Shown here in pieces: positions 25,642-39,165 of a stretch of 64,000 nucleotides of DNA (position 1 is the first letter of the stretch; each line of letters opens with the position of its first letter). The stretch lies in NCBI RefSeq assembly GCF_006345805.1, contig NC_043010.1, positions 43,400,001 through 43,464,000 of the forward strand, read 5' to 3'. This stretch comes from Octopus sinensis (Eukaryota). Made by a program: the position numbers and the translations under genes. The notes under the pieces were generated by a model that saw nothing but the letters and a program-made list of their open reading frames with translations, ran no database searches and had not been told where the DNA came from.

Positions 25642-25950
25642 GGAGGCGCAATGGCCCAGTGGTTAGGGCAGCGGACTCGCGGTTGTAGGATCGCGGTTTC
25701 GATTCCCAGACCGGGCGTTGTGAGTGTTTATTGAGCGAAAACACCTAAAGCTCCACGATGCTCTGGCAGGGGGTAGTGCTGATCCCTGCTGTACTCTTTC
25801 GCCACAACTTTCTCTCACTCTTTCTTCTGTTGGCCTGCTCGCTTAGCCAGCGAGGTGGCGTCATGTGAAGTCTAAAGCAATGCGAAGCGCATTGTGACCG
25901 CGATGTGTGGCAAATCTGATAGCCTGGTCGGTCACGGTGATCACGGTGAT
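25642..25950 (+). mobile_element. tRNA-derived SINE family B
   Basis: GGAGGCGCAATGGCCCAGTGG (A box), GGTTTCGATTCCC (B box), tail GGTCACGGTGATCACGGTGAT. Confidence 0.88.
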
Positions 25951-25964
25951 ATATATATAATATA

Positions 25965-26007
<43 letters not shown>

Positions 26008-26096
26008 TAACAGTATTAATAAAATAGATGAAGGAGAAAAGATTTATGGGTACGACACATACTCATCATCTATTTATACATTTTGTGTAATTCTGC

Positions 26097-26170
<74 letters not shown>

Positions 26171-26718
26171 TATCGTCAAAGGATATTTGATGACATAGCT
26201 CTTCCATATACTTTGTTTTGCATAGAACTGTCCTATGTTCAAAGTTTTTTCCTTTTTTTTCTTTTGGCTCTTGACTTTGGTAAACTTGTTCTTGTTATTG
26301 TCTGGTTATGAAAAGGTTTTGGCTATCACTAGCGTCTGTGTTTACATTTTAAATGTATTCGTTCGTGCATTTTCTGAAGCATCATTTTTTAAAGTTTGAG
26401 TTTACAATTACGTCTGTTTGTTAATATAATTTTTTTTTGGGGGGGGGGGAACTTTGGCGAGAAATCGACAGGTTCGTTCGAGTTGGATAGTTGTTCCGAC
26501 TGTCTGCACTCTGAGTTCAAACCCACCAAAGCCAACTATGCCTTTTATTTTTTCTGGGTAGACTAAAAGTATTCGTTCAGAGTTGAGAATTGGCGGAACG
26601 GTAAAAGGCAAGATGCATTGGAATAACTGTTATGACTCTTTGCAGTCTAACAGCAATGCCTACGACATAGGTACCAAGCTGTGTCGACTTAAGTTGGAAG
26701 CCTTTTCTCTTGGATAAA

Positions 26719-26751
<33 letters not shown>

Positions 26752-27311
26752 TAGTAGTAGTAGAGTTTAGAAATGATGACAAGGTTATGAGCGAATTTGA
26801 AGTGTTACTTCTAAACGAACTTACCGTCACTGAAAAGTATTACAAGGGGCAGATATTTTTGGCAAGATGAAAAAGATTGGCGGAATACCATTCTTGAAAA
26901 TATGACTGGGGTTATTGTTAGCTTCATCTATCATAGAAAGGCGGAATGTTTGTATTTAGAACAAAGACAAAAGCAACAGAGCCTTTTTGAGAAAGCAAAC
27001 TGGAAAGACAAGAAAATTATCTAAAAAAAGGATCCCAATCAATTCTCCTTGATTTCCGCATTGAATATCATAAACAAGTTTTATGGAGAATTTACAAAGA
27101 AAATATAACGAAGATAAAAATACGTATATCCTGCTAATGCAGTAATTTGTTGGGATAAAAATAGCAGTGTTAAAAATATCTGGAAAAATGAATTTAGATA
27201 ACTTATTGACGTCATAATAATTTCATAAACTTTCAAGAGAGCGTGAAATAATTGGGTTTTTTTTTAACCCTTTTTAGAGTATCTCGAAGCACATGCATAA
27301 AGCTAAAAATA

Positions 27312-27870
27312 ATGGTTTCAAATTTTGGCACAGGGCCAGTAGTTTTGGAGGATGGGGTTAAGTCGATTACATCGATTCCAGTTTTCAACTGGTAACATCC
27401 GAAAGGATGAAAGGCAAAGTCGACCTCTGTGTAATTTGAACTCAGAACGTATAGACGGACGAAATGCCTATTTCTTTACTACCCACAAGGGGCTAAACAC
27501 AGAGGAGACAAACAAGGACAGACAAACGGATTAAGTCGATTGCATCGACCCCAGTGCGTAACTGGTACTTAATTTATCGACTCCGAAAGGATGAAAGGCA
27601 AAGTCGACCTCGGCGGAATTTGAACTCAGAACGTAGCGGGAGACGAAATACCTATTTCTTTAGTACCCACTAGGGGCTAAACACAAGGGGGACAAACGGA
27701 TTAAGTCGATTACATCGACCCCAGTGCGTATCTGGTACTTAATTTATCGACCCCGAAAGGATGAAAGGCAAAGTCGACCTCGGCGGAATTTGAACCCAGA
27801 ACGAAACGGCAGACGAAATACGGCTACGCATTTCGCCCGGCGTGCTAACGATTCTGCCAGCTCACTACCT
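27312..27870 (-). mobile_element. Head-to-tail trimer of SINE family C (Meta-domain-like core)
   Basis: One head at 27870 and three cores GCCTTTCATCCTTTCGG(G)GTCGATAAATTAAGTACC; junctions at ~27466 and ~27650. Confidence 0.88.
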
Positions 27871-28614
27871 TATAACGTTAAAAATAATAGCATGTAAATA
27901 ATGGGTTGAAAAACCGTTTTGGATAGAGAAACTCGAAGGCTATTCAAAAGTGTTTTTCACGCCAATATTTATATGCTGTTATTTATAGCTTTATGTGTAT
28001 GCTTCGGGATATTTAAAAAAAAAAGAAGTTATTTAAGTAACTTTAATTGAAAACAGATAAGTGTAATCAGTGACTGGTAGCCCCTAATGCGAAAGAAACG
28101 TGGTCTTAGTTCTCTCAGTGAACCTGCAGTTTAGGGGGTGAGCAGGGGGTTGTTGTTCTGCTTCAAATTCGTTCATATAATGTCTAATGTCATTTTATAT
28201 AGAAAATCTTATTTTCCAAAGATATACAGACTTTGGTTGCAAGGGCGTATCATCCACCAGGAATACATGAAATTTCCACTCACCTCTTTCTGCATTAAAG
28301 TGTTCGGCTGGAGTAAAGAATACAATTTAATATAATTTACATTATTTCAGAAATATAGTTTTATACATTGCCATTTGTAATAGAGGAACTATAGTCAATA
28401 GTGGCCTGTACAAGATTCCTAAAATATAGAATTTCGTTTTGAGTATCGTAACTGTCATTTCTTAAAGCAAGTGAGTTTATTTATGCTTCTGAACAAGATC
28501 GTCGCTTTCCGTAAAATATTTCATTTTTTTACTTATGTGGGGGAGCAGGGGGGCTTATCTTTTGAAGTCTGAATAATTTTGAAACTGAATAATTAATAAT
28601 AACATTATATAAAT

Positions 28615-28751
28615 GTGGCACCTTGGGCAAGTATCTTCTACTATAGCCTTGGGCCGACCAAAGCCTTGTGAGTGGATTTGGTAGATGGAAACTGAAAGAA
28701 GCCCGTCGTATATATGTATATGTATACATATATAAATATATATATATTATA

Positions 28752-28801
<50 letters not shown>

Positions 28802-29332
28802 GTGTGTGATAAATAAAAATATATGCATACATACAAACATATATGTACGTACCTACATCTACATGTATATATACATGCATATATAAATAATTATACGTGA
28901 GTACTGGACACCACAATAAGACGTGGAAACGGGGAAAAACAAAAAAACAAAAATCAAGAAAACGAAAAAAACAGTTACAGGACGTGCTACACAAGGAAAA
29001 AAACCCCCGTCATCAGCTGTCGCTAGTAGACTCAAGCATGTTTCGAAGGCAAAGACAGAACACTAATCCACTAGGCCTTCCTGCGAGAGAATTAAAATAA
29101 AATTCCAGCAGCGGGGCAAAATGAGTACGAACGTCTTATTGTGGTGTCCTGTACTCACGTATAATTATTTATATATGCATGTATATATACATGTAGATGT
29201 AGGTACGTACATATATGTTTGTATGTATGCATATATTTTTATTTATCACATTATTGTCTGACAGCGCCCCGCGTCAGGTTCGTTCCGATTCGTCGTTTCG
29301 TTCCACCTCTTGGTTCCTGTTATTTTTATATT

Positions 29333-29427
<95 letters not shown>

Positions 29428-29650
29428 GTGTATATGTGTGTGTGTCTGTGTTTGTCCCCCCCCCGACATCGCTTGACAACCGATAGTGGTGTGTTTTACG
29501 TCCCCGTAACCTAGCGGTTCGGCAAAACAGATCAATAGAATAAGTACTTGGCTTACAAAGAATAAGTCCTAGGGTCGATTTGCTCGACTAAAGGCGGTGA
29601 TCCAGCATGGCCGCAGGCAAATGACCGAAACAAGTAAAAGAGTAAAAGAG
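28615..29650 (+). mobile_element. SINE family A split by a fold-back insertion in its (TA)n core
   Basis: 5' part 28615-28710, tail ~29430-29650; insert 28805-29330. Confidence 0.82.
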
Positions 29651-30256
29651 TAAAAATGTTAAATGTTTTGGTGCGTGACTTTTGGCCTACTCTGGATAGT
29701 GCAAATAAACGTTAGACATACGTGTAAAAGCATAGACACATAAACTGTTGATAAAGCATAAATATTTCTTCTTGGACCGTGAAATCTTGGGTTTCAAGAA
29801 GGTAGCAATGATTTGGAAAGAACTTAGTGGACTAAGAACACTATTTTGTTCGATTGGACGGGACTTAGACTCACGTATACATATTCACACGCACATACAA
29901 AAAACACATTCACACGCGCGCGCGTCATATTATCACCAACTGTTGCTGACGTAAAATAATGGATCTGCTGTCTGATTCAGCAATGAGAATTGCAGACGTT
30001 TGATGAATTGTTCTATTGATTTATTGTATTATCGTATTGAGTATTCCAGACCCGTGTACCTTTACCATAATTTTCAGGCAAAATCAATGTGACACACGCA
30101 TAGTGCGCTAAAGCTGACCCAGTGAATTATACGTTCGTCTACCCACTTTTAGAGACAGGGCTTTGATCGTTTGGAGATTATGATGATACTTGACTAACAT
30201 GACATATAATGGGATCGAACCCAGAATATCATGAATGTAACACGAACTTGTAAACC

Positions 30257-30490
30257 TATTTCTTTACTACCCACAAGGGGCTAGACACAGGGAGGACAAA
30301 CAAGGACAGACAAACGGGTTAAGTCGATTATATTGACCCCAGTGCGTAAGTGGTACTTATTTAATCGACCCCGAAAGGATGAAAGGCAAAGTCGACCTCG
30401 GCGGAATTTGAACTCAGAACGTAGCGGTAGACGAAATACCGCTAAACATTTCGCCCGGCGCGCTTACGTTTCTGCCAGCTGTTCGCCTTC
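30257..30490 (-). mobile_element. SINE family C with a 12-bp TSD
   Basis: AACTTGTAAACC at 30245-30256 and 30491-30502. Confidence 0.9.
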
Positions 30491-31216
30491 AACTTGTAAA
30501 CCACTCAGCTAGATATACACGCAGGTCCGCCGCTAGACTTTGGTGCCTGTGAATGCTTCGAATATTCTGGATGGGCACTAATTTTTGTAGACGGCATTTT
30601 CTAAATCTGAGGTTGCACCATTGAATAGTGAGGAGAAAGTGCCGTCCAGTGCACCCTCTTAACGACGGGCATATCTGTACCGACATCAATGCTCAGATTC
30701 AGAATAAAATAGACAACTAATTGAATCCTCGCCAAGAAACTGTACAGAATACAATGTACCAGAATGGAAAACTGACACATATTGAGGGGTTCACTAGCAT
30801 ATTACCTCTTAGTGATTATCACTCTCTAAGTATTATTCACACTTGACAAAATGCAGTAGCTATATTAAATTATAAGGATTTCTTTATAGATACAATACTT
30901 TAAGTATATACCTTACAATTCTATAGTTCTACAAAACAATATGATATACCACACTACAGCTATGAAACACCGTGATAAAAATATTCAGATGAATATATCT
31001 GAGCGTACATTTCATTTAGAGATAATCTTCAAAAAATTGCGATCTTAGAAGTTTCAAATACACAACTGTATTTTAAAAAATAGTGTGTAAACTTCGTTAT
31101 TTCCTATAAGTTGCAGGCAACTAGTCTCTTAAAATCAAATAGAAGTGAGTAAAATTATTGGAATTCATTGTATGATACATATCACGCTTGAGTAGATATC
31201 ATATAATCAAATATCG

Positions 31217-31474
31217 GTTTCAAATTTTGGTACAAGGCCAGCAAATTCGGAAGAGAGGGTAAGTTGATTACATCGACTCCAACTGGGTCGATGTAATCGA
31301 GGTCCACTTTACCTTTCATCTTTTTGGGATCGATAACATAAGTATGTTATCGACCCCGAAAGGATGAAAGATAAAGTGGACGTCGGCGGAATTTGAACTT
31401 AGAACGTAATGACGGACTAAATGTCGCTAAGCATTTTAACCCAGCGTGTTAAGGATTCTGCCAGCTAGCCGTCT
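31217..31474 (-). mobile_element. Older SINE family C variant
   Basis: Core CCCGAAAGGATGAAAG and tail TTTCAAATTTTGG.ACAAGGCCAGC. Confidence 0.75.
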
Positions 31475-33289
31475 TAATATATAATCAAATATTGACATGA
31501 AGACAAACTGTTTGGTTGACCCAACGACTTGTCGAAAAAGAGGTTCCAATATAAGTGTATCTACGTAGTCACGTGACATGAGAGAAATCTTCTGAAAATC
31601 ACTCCTTATTTTATTCTCAAAAAGAAAAAAGGAACAATTGCAGCGTGGAAGGTGTTTATAAGCCATTTAAAAAACACACAAAAACCGTTAGATTCACTTC
31701 CGTATTTAAATTTAATTTGCCAAAATATCTTCGTTGCTTCGAGACCGCGACCTGTTCACTGACAAAATTCCACAGTGTCTTACAAAGAGAAAATTCTCTG
31801 TATATTTAGTCATAGACAACCTTATATATGAATAAAAGAAGAGGTGATCATGGCAGGAACGTGTTTGATAAATAGGCCTACTCTACCAGAGTTAACGTCG
31901 GGGATTAAAAATACCATCATCGCCATCACCTGTTAAGCGTTACAGGTCAGTTTTATTTCATACATACATGAATGTATACATACATACATACATACATACA
32001 TACATACATACATAACGTACGTAAATATATACACACACGCGCATACATACATACATACATACATACATACATACATACATACATACATACATACATACAT
32101 ACATACATTACCAATCTTGAGTAATTAGGCTTCTCAAAACCAGAAACGAGAAAGCTAATTCGAAGACTACAGATCCAGTCCTTCACTGGAACTGTAAAAA
32201 TCTGTAAAACTTTCCAGAAGTTTATCATTTAAATATATACGAGCATGTCTAGATATGCAATTATATACATGAGAATACATACATAAAGCAAAACATAAAA
32301 ATCTGCTCATACATACATACATACATACATACATACATACATACATACATACATACATACATACATACATGTTAATACATACGTACGAACATGTTTGTAT
32401 GTTTGTTAACAACAGGTATGCGTGTGTAGAAGACGGACTAAAATAATTTCTTAACATCTTTCTCTGCATTTATGCAAACCTAACCCTGCTTAGATCAGTA
32501 ACTGTTTTTCTTCTATTTTATTTTCTGCTTTAAATAAGAGAAACACCGTTTGATCACCAACTTAGCGTTATTTAAACTGGATTACAAAAATATCCATCAC
32601 TGCGTGGGTTTCCGCTTTTACGTCATGGCTGACATTAACAACGTAATCAACTCCGACACAACCAAACAGCAAAAAAAAAGTGAGTTATTGAAAACAACAT
32701 GAGTGTTCTTTTACATTTAATCTTTGCATTTAAATCAAGATGCACATCTGTTCTATGAGGAACGTAGGTAAATCCTGCTATATGAAGTAGTTAAAAGATT
32801 TACTGGGAACTCCTCCAGATTTAAACCACTGTACAGCTAATCAGCTTCGACCACAGGCGTCTTTCTTTGCCCGAAAAATAGCTGGCACAGATGGCAATTG
32901 TTATTGTGAAGACATCCCAAACTGTTGTGTAATCGCTGAAAGAAAGAAAACATTTAACCACTTAATCTTCTTCTGTTGCCAAGATCCACACTCAATTAAC
33001 AGTCCTATAACAATTCCTGGCAACAACAGGTAAACCTTCTCACACACATATCACCATAATTTTCATGCAGCCCCGGAAAAAAAAAATAACAGAAAAAAAT
33101 CCATTATCACTTGTCTCCTGCCAGTTCATCCCTCCCTCCAAACTAAGTGATTTATTTTTATCGCCTGTCTAAATAATCATTTCTTTTAATTTACACATCC
33201 TGTTTTCACCTTAAAGATAGCTTCATCTTTCGACAACTGTTAGAGAACCAACTCTTAAGTAGATCTTTATTCATTTTTTAATGACGCTG

Positions 33290-34420
33290 CATAATCGCAT
33301 GACCAACGCAGCTTCGTTTTTTGGCATTAAATCCTCCACTACCATTTCTTAGACTCGATGGATGTATATTAGGGTATACAAGAGATACTAACGAAACTTA
33401 TAATCTCTTTGAAGACAATCTAGGGAGCTATACTTGAAATATTTACCATGCTGATAAATGCTGGATTTGCTAACACTGTCAACTCATACAGAGATGAAAT
33501 TTAGCTAAAAGAAAATTTCATTTTTGATGAAATCCATTTCCCAAACCTTTACATCAATCTGTTTCATATAACGATAGCGGTCAAGTCGGTCGGAGCTTTC
33601 ATCTCATAATGCCGACATTTGGGATATTTGACTGGTCGATAGAGGAATCTATTCTATAGATATTAAAACCTGCAAAGATTCTAATATCAACTGGGGGCTT
33701 CCACAGAAACAATGATATTTGACAAAAGAAATGTGATGGGAAGAGGTATAATCAATCGACAACCTTTGAATACTCTGTATCATTAAGACTAAGCAACAAA
33801 CACATAAATAATGCTTCAAGCAAGTGTTCGCAAATGATTCATTCACAACTCGATGGCTTTCCATACACCTTCAGATTTGCTGAACTGGTGTACCTCGACA
33901 AGGACCAGTAAAAGAAACAATCTGCAAACCCGACTACCACCACCATCACCAAAACAAAGGTTATGAATGATTACGCTTTCCGTGAACTTGAGGATGAAAC
34001 TAACACTAGCTTGGATTCGTGACGAAATACGAGATGGCGTTTTGAAGGTTATGCTTTTACAATCCAAGATAGCAGTAAATACTTAATGGGTAAAATGAGA
34101 CAGTGGAGTCCATACACTCCCAAGATGCGATCGAAAATATCGAGTATTAGCATATTTGTATAGAAAATATTACACGTATTCAGAAGGTACCCCAAAATGT
34201 TAAAGTATTACTTTCCAATGGGAGATGACGCGGTTTCTAAAACTATTTACAATGTCATCCATGGGAAAGACTGCCCAAGAATAGATATGAATAATACTCT
34301 TATTATACATAGAATACAAGGGATATTGGTGGAACATTCTCATCAAAACTTCCGCCATGTGCAAACATGACAGACATGGTATAGTATTTAGCTATTTACT
34401 GTTGTTGATGAAGCTTTATT
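33290..34420 (+). mobile_element. Decayed R4/Dong-like (RLE-type) non-LTR retrotransposon 3' half
   Basis: LIMPTFGIFDW, ISTGGFHRN, FEGYAFTIQD, DAVSKTIYN and YWWNILIKTS appear in the expected order with many stops. Confidence 0.6.
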
Positions 34421-34466
34421 TCTTTGTTACGATGTGTTCAAAGGATTTAAAACAAAAACAATCTAT

Positions 34467-34690
34467 TACAAAGCGGTGTTGAAAAGCTCCTGACTTTGGA
34501 TAGAAGATAATACAGGAGAATCAGTTAATTATGATTTTATTCAACATATTCCCCTCTCAGATTCACACACTTATTGCAGCAGTTCTTCAGTTTTTCTAAG
34601 CCTTGTTAAAGAAAGAACTCGGAAGGTTGTGTCTCCAACCAGGCCTTTTGCGACACCCTTATGCCAGGAACTTTTCAGTACCCTCTCGAA
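34467..34690. mobile_element. Mariner-derived MITE (~225 bp)
   Basis: Imperfect TIRs TACAAAGCGGTGTTGAAAAGCTCCTG / CCAGGAACTTTTCAGTACCCTCTCG; the minus strand keeps a transposase C-terminus remnant (...KCVNLRGEYVE*). Confidence 0.7.
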
Positions 34691-34959
34691 TATTGAAACA
34701 ATATATTATACAAGGAATATATTCACCGTTATTGTATTACGCATGCGCGGAAGTGTTTGTTCGACTAGGTGCTGCTGGCTTAGTTACGCATGAATTGTGC
34801 TTAATAGTTTAGCGCTAAATAGTTCATCCTGCTGTTTATATTGGCAGTTTGCATCATTACCGTGGCAAACAATAGATACTTAATTAACTACCAGTATTAA
34901 ATGTTTGAACTACTGTGGGTCTTTACTAGGGTTTTTCTTTCTTTTTTTTTTTATAAGCG

Positions 34960-35375
34960 GGACTTAAACCTGTACACTAATCTCCAATGAAACATTTAAT
35001 ACATTACATGCCCATAGAATGCCTCGTAGATCTTATTCAGTTATGTTTAAATTTGAAGTTATATCATATGCTGAAGAGCATGGTAACAGGGCCGCCGGAA
35101 GAAAATTTTATGTTGACGAAAGCAATGTCAGGTTATGGAGAAGAAATAAAGATAAAATTAAACAGATACCAAAGATAAAGAAGGCAAGAAGGCAATAATA
35201 AAGGACATCACCGTATACATTTTTACAAACCATGGATGTTATATAGACCTCATTGATTCAAGTTAGAGAAGGGGTGCGTATTATACACAAGGTTTAGGTT
35301 TTTCAGAGGTACAGCCCCCTAAAAATCCCCTGCGTATTATACTCAAGGGCGGACTATACTCGAGGATTTACGGTA
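34960..35375 (+). mobile_element. pogo/Tc2-like internally deleted DNA transposon
   Basis: 3' TIR ACTATACTCGAGGATTTACGG followed by TA; contains the N-terminal HTH coding segment; 5' TIR not seen. Confidence 0.7.
35019..35198 (+). CDS. 59-aa ORF: N-terminal Brinker/pogo-type HTH DNA-binding domain of a transposase (truncated)
   Basis: Hand translation MPRRSYSVMFKFEVISYAEEHGNRAAGRKFYVDESNVRLWRRNKDKIKQIPKIKKARRQ*; below the ORF-track cutoff. Confidence 0.5.
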   Translation: MPRRSYSVMFKFEVISYAEEHGNRAAGRKFYVDESNVRLWRRNKDKIKQIPKIKKARRQ

Positions 35376-35455
35376 TAAATAAGTATCTGTGTGAATGGGC
35401 ACACACACACGCATATACACGCACACGCATATACACACACGCACAAAAACACTTT

Positions 35456-35631
<176 letters not shown>

Positions 35632-36099
35632 CACATGAATAGGACGTTGGAATTGTGTGTATGGTATTGTGTATCTTTCTTAAATGTTTTAGTAATGAAA
35701 GTGAACCGAGAGGGAGGCTGGTTGAGAAATGGAAAAAAAACCAAAGTGATAGTAATGTCAGAGAATGAACCAACGTCAGTTTTTCATGTGTCTGTATCTT
35801 TGGCATATTTGGAAAGCGGTTCATTTAAGTTCTAAATATTCCTAATAACTACTACCTTCAGCATTAAACTAGTTTTCAGGAGGACATCTCACCATATAGC
35901 ATCGCCGACTATTTTGAGTTGCCCGTACGCAATGTCTATTCTAGTTTCGTGATCATGATGGTAGATTTCATGACGTAAACGTATCGATGTTCTGTGTGTA
36001 ATGGCGATAGTGGTGGAAACGTTGATACTAAGAATACTCGTAATGCACGCACAGAGGACATGTTTAGTAGGCCCGCACGAACATAGACTCACACATGCT

Positions 36100-36343
36100 T
36101 ACACAAACACATACATACACACACACATACATACATACATACATACATACATACATACATGTCTTGTCGCTTTGTTAGCGACCGGCTTGAAATGTCTCAA
36201 GAAGAACTTTAAAAAAAACTCAAAGAAAAGTCATACATACATACATATATACATATATGCAAGATGCATGCATGCATACATATATACATACATACATACA
36301 TACACACACATACATATATGCAAGCACGCATACATACATACAT

Positions 36344-36375
<32 letters not shown>

Positions 36376-36942
36376 GCATGCATATATACAAGCAGGCATG
36401 CATACATACATACATACATACATACATACATACACACATACACACACATACATACATACACACACATACATACATACATACATACATTCATACACACACA
36501 TACGTACATACATACACACATACATACATACACACACACATACATACATACATACATACACACACATACATACATACATACATACACACACCCATACATA
36601 CATACATACATACATACATACACACACATACATACATACATACACACATACATACATACATACACACACATACATACATACACACATACATACATACATA
36701 CATACATACATACATGCATACATACATACATACACACACATACATACATTACATACATACATACAACATACATACATACATACATACATACATACATACA
36801 TACATACACACATACATACATACATACATACATACATACATACATACATACATACATACATAGACACACATACATACATACATACATACATACATACATA
36901 CATACATACATACATACATACATACATACATACATACATACA
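36100..36942. repeat. Long compound (CATA)n/(CA)n microsatellite
   Basis: Directly visible; source of the HTYI/MYVC pseudo-ORFs. Confidence 0.97.
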
Positions 36943-37062
36943 TGGAAAATAACAGAACTCTCAATACATGAAGTTATCTATTGAGAAACGGTTGATAACT
37001 CAGTCCTGGTTACTCGGAGTTTCATACTTGTGAACTATATTTGTGATGGTCAGACAATATAG

Positions 37063-37250
37063 TGGTTTCAAATTTTGCTTCAAGGCCAGCAAGTTTTGAG
37101 GAGTGGGTAAGTCAACTGGTACTCATTTTATCGACCCCGAAAGATGAAAGGCAAAGTTGACCTCGGCACAATTTGAACACAGAAAGTAAAGACGGACGAA
37201 ATTCTGCTAAGCATTTTACACGGCGTGCTAACGACTCTGCCGGCTCACTA
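37063..37250 (-). mobile_element. Older SINE family C copy
   Basis: Core ATCGACCCCGAAAGATGAAAGGCAAAG. Confidence 0.75.
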
Positions 37251-37486
37251 TCATGGTCAGACAATATATTGTGATAAACCAGACAGAGTTAACGAAGTTG
37301 CTTCTACGTGATCAATCGACCTCCTTAAAATAGGAACCAGCCAATGTTTGGATTATATGATCATGGATTTCCTGTACAGAGGGGTGGTCACGGCCGCAAT
37401 GACTTTGATCACAGGCTTGGTTGATCAGGGTTGACCTTGGACAAAACAACAACAATATAGTCGATCCTTAGAGCTCGTATTCATCT

Positions 37487-37543
<57 letters not shown>

Positions 37544-37567
37544 TAAGGCGATTCGTCAGATTCAAAT

Positions 37568-37628
37568 AGTCTGACGAGTCGCCTATGCAGCTAAACGCTT
37601 TATAGGTCGAAACCAATGGTCACTCTCT
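37568..37628 (+). ncRNA. Candidate type I hammerhead ribozyme
   Basis: agt-CTGACGA-[stem II with cctat/atagg, G10.1-C11.1]-GAAACC-aat-GGTC-act: all conserved core nucleotides present, GUC cleavage triplet. Confidence 0.55.
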
Positions 37629-37655
37629 GACCAGCCATAGCAAACAACCTTCTAA

Positions 37656-37703
<48 letters not shown>

Positions 37704-37775
37704 GTGTGTGTGCAAGCATGCGTGCGTGCATGTTTGTGTATGTGTATGTATACACACATATCATAAATATGTATA

Positions 37776-37990
37776 AGGCGGCGAGCTGGCAGAAACGTTA
37801 GCACACCGGGTGAAGTGCTTAGCCGTATTTCGTCTGCCGCTACGTTCTGAGTTCAAATTCTGCCGAGGTCGACTTTGCCTTTCATCCTTTCGCGGTCGAT
37901 TAAATAAGTACCAGTTACGCACTGGGGTCGATGTAATCGACTTAATCCCTTTATCTGTCCTTGTTTGTCCCCTTGTGAGCAATAAAAAAA
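37776..37990 (+). mobile_element. SINE family C with a 12-bp TSD
   Basis: TAAATATGTATA at 37764-37775 and 37991-38002. Confidence 0.9.
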
Positions 37991-39059
37991 TAAATATGTA
38001 TACATACATACATAAAAATGTCTATATATCTCCTGATGGTGAGGTACGCGGTAATAAAGTGGTACAAAGTCAAACTGTGGATGGCGATGTAAATTAGGCA
38101 TAATGATGAGAGAGAAAGTTCTTGCTTTGACTGACTGTTATCCTGTTCTTCTCCGCTAAAACAAAATTTTATTAAAATATATCGATCATTAGCGAGCTTG
38201 CAGAATCGTTACAGCGTTGGACAAAGTATCTTGCGACATTTCTTCCGGCTCTTAACACTCAGTTCAAATTCTGTTGAGATCAACTTTGCCTTTCAACTTC
38301 CGATATCGATAAAATAAAGTGTCAGCCAATGCTAGCTGCAATGTAATTAACTAATTCCTTTCCCTTGCTCCTAAAATTAGAAATAATGTAAACATAATGC
38401 TTTAGTGTTAAACTACATCATAATATTATCCGAAGTAAATATTCGAAAATTTATAAATCGACCCACTTTTGATGTAAAATGTTCAAACTATATATTCTGT
38501 GAAATCAAATTAAAAGAAATTGAAGATGGATTGATCTGTAACTTTATACGCTAGCATGCACGTCAGCAACCAGAGTCATCACCTCATAATCAACCACACC
38601 GACACCGGTACATAAACTTACTCATCAAATCTGTATACACCAACACACAGCAGCATATGCATAGATAACTTCAGCACCCATATATAAGCATGCGACATTC
38701 ATTTGGGGAAAATGTACCAAATTGTATAATCTACGCACTTAGATATACAATTATGTAGTGAGGTTATTACAAAAGACTTGTCAGTTTATATACATAATTT
38801 ATTGCTACGTTGTTACAAAGCTTCACGTATACAGGTAGAATCAATCTTATATGAACATCGTGTTTTACAGGTGCTGGATTTTCAACTGAAATTTGATAAT
38901 TAAGCTAATTTTGCACATCGAAGCATATTCATGGCCGTATTGATTCTTCATCCATCTCCTAGTTGAGTATAGAGTTGTAAAAATGCTAAAAGGAGAATCA
39001 CGCTGGGTTGAGTATGGAGTTGTAAAAACAGCTATTAACGAGAGAGAATTTACCCATGA

Positions 39060-39165
39060 CCGTAACCAATGATGTCTCAATTCACTCTGCTTTTTCGCGC
39101 TAAAAGCCGCTGTATTTAAAGGCTCAGTTGATAGAAAGTTCTGATTGGCTGAAATTGGGTCAAAT
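39060..39165. promoter_or_regulatory. Promoter-like motif cluster (CCAAT x2, E2F-like, TATA-like)
   Basis: CCAAT 39066, TTTTCGCGC 39092-39100, TATTTAAA 39113-39120, ATTGG 39144; no downstream gene identified. Confidence 0.25.

Noticed and set aside
27312-27870. Regularly repeated blocks resembling a CRISPR array
   Set aside because: Units are ~180-bp SINE segments without unique spacers; eukaryotic context, no cas genes
29000-29095. Hammerhead-like pieces (GAAAC, CTGATGA, gaaggc/gccttc stem) in the fold-back spacer
   Set aside because: No arrangement gives an intact core with correct stem I/III pairing
36001-36984. Long ORFs (up to 327 aa) on both strands
   Set aside because: Translations of (CATA)n/(CA)n microsatellite; stop-free only because of the repeat unit
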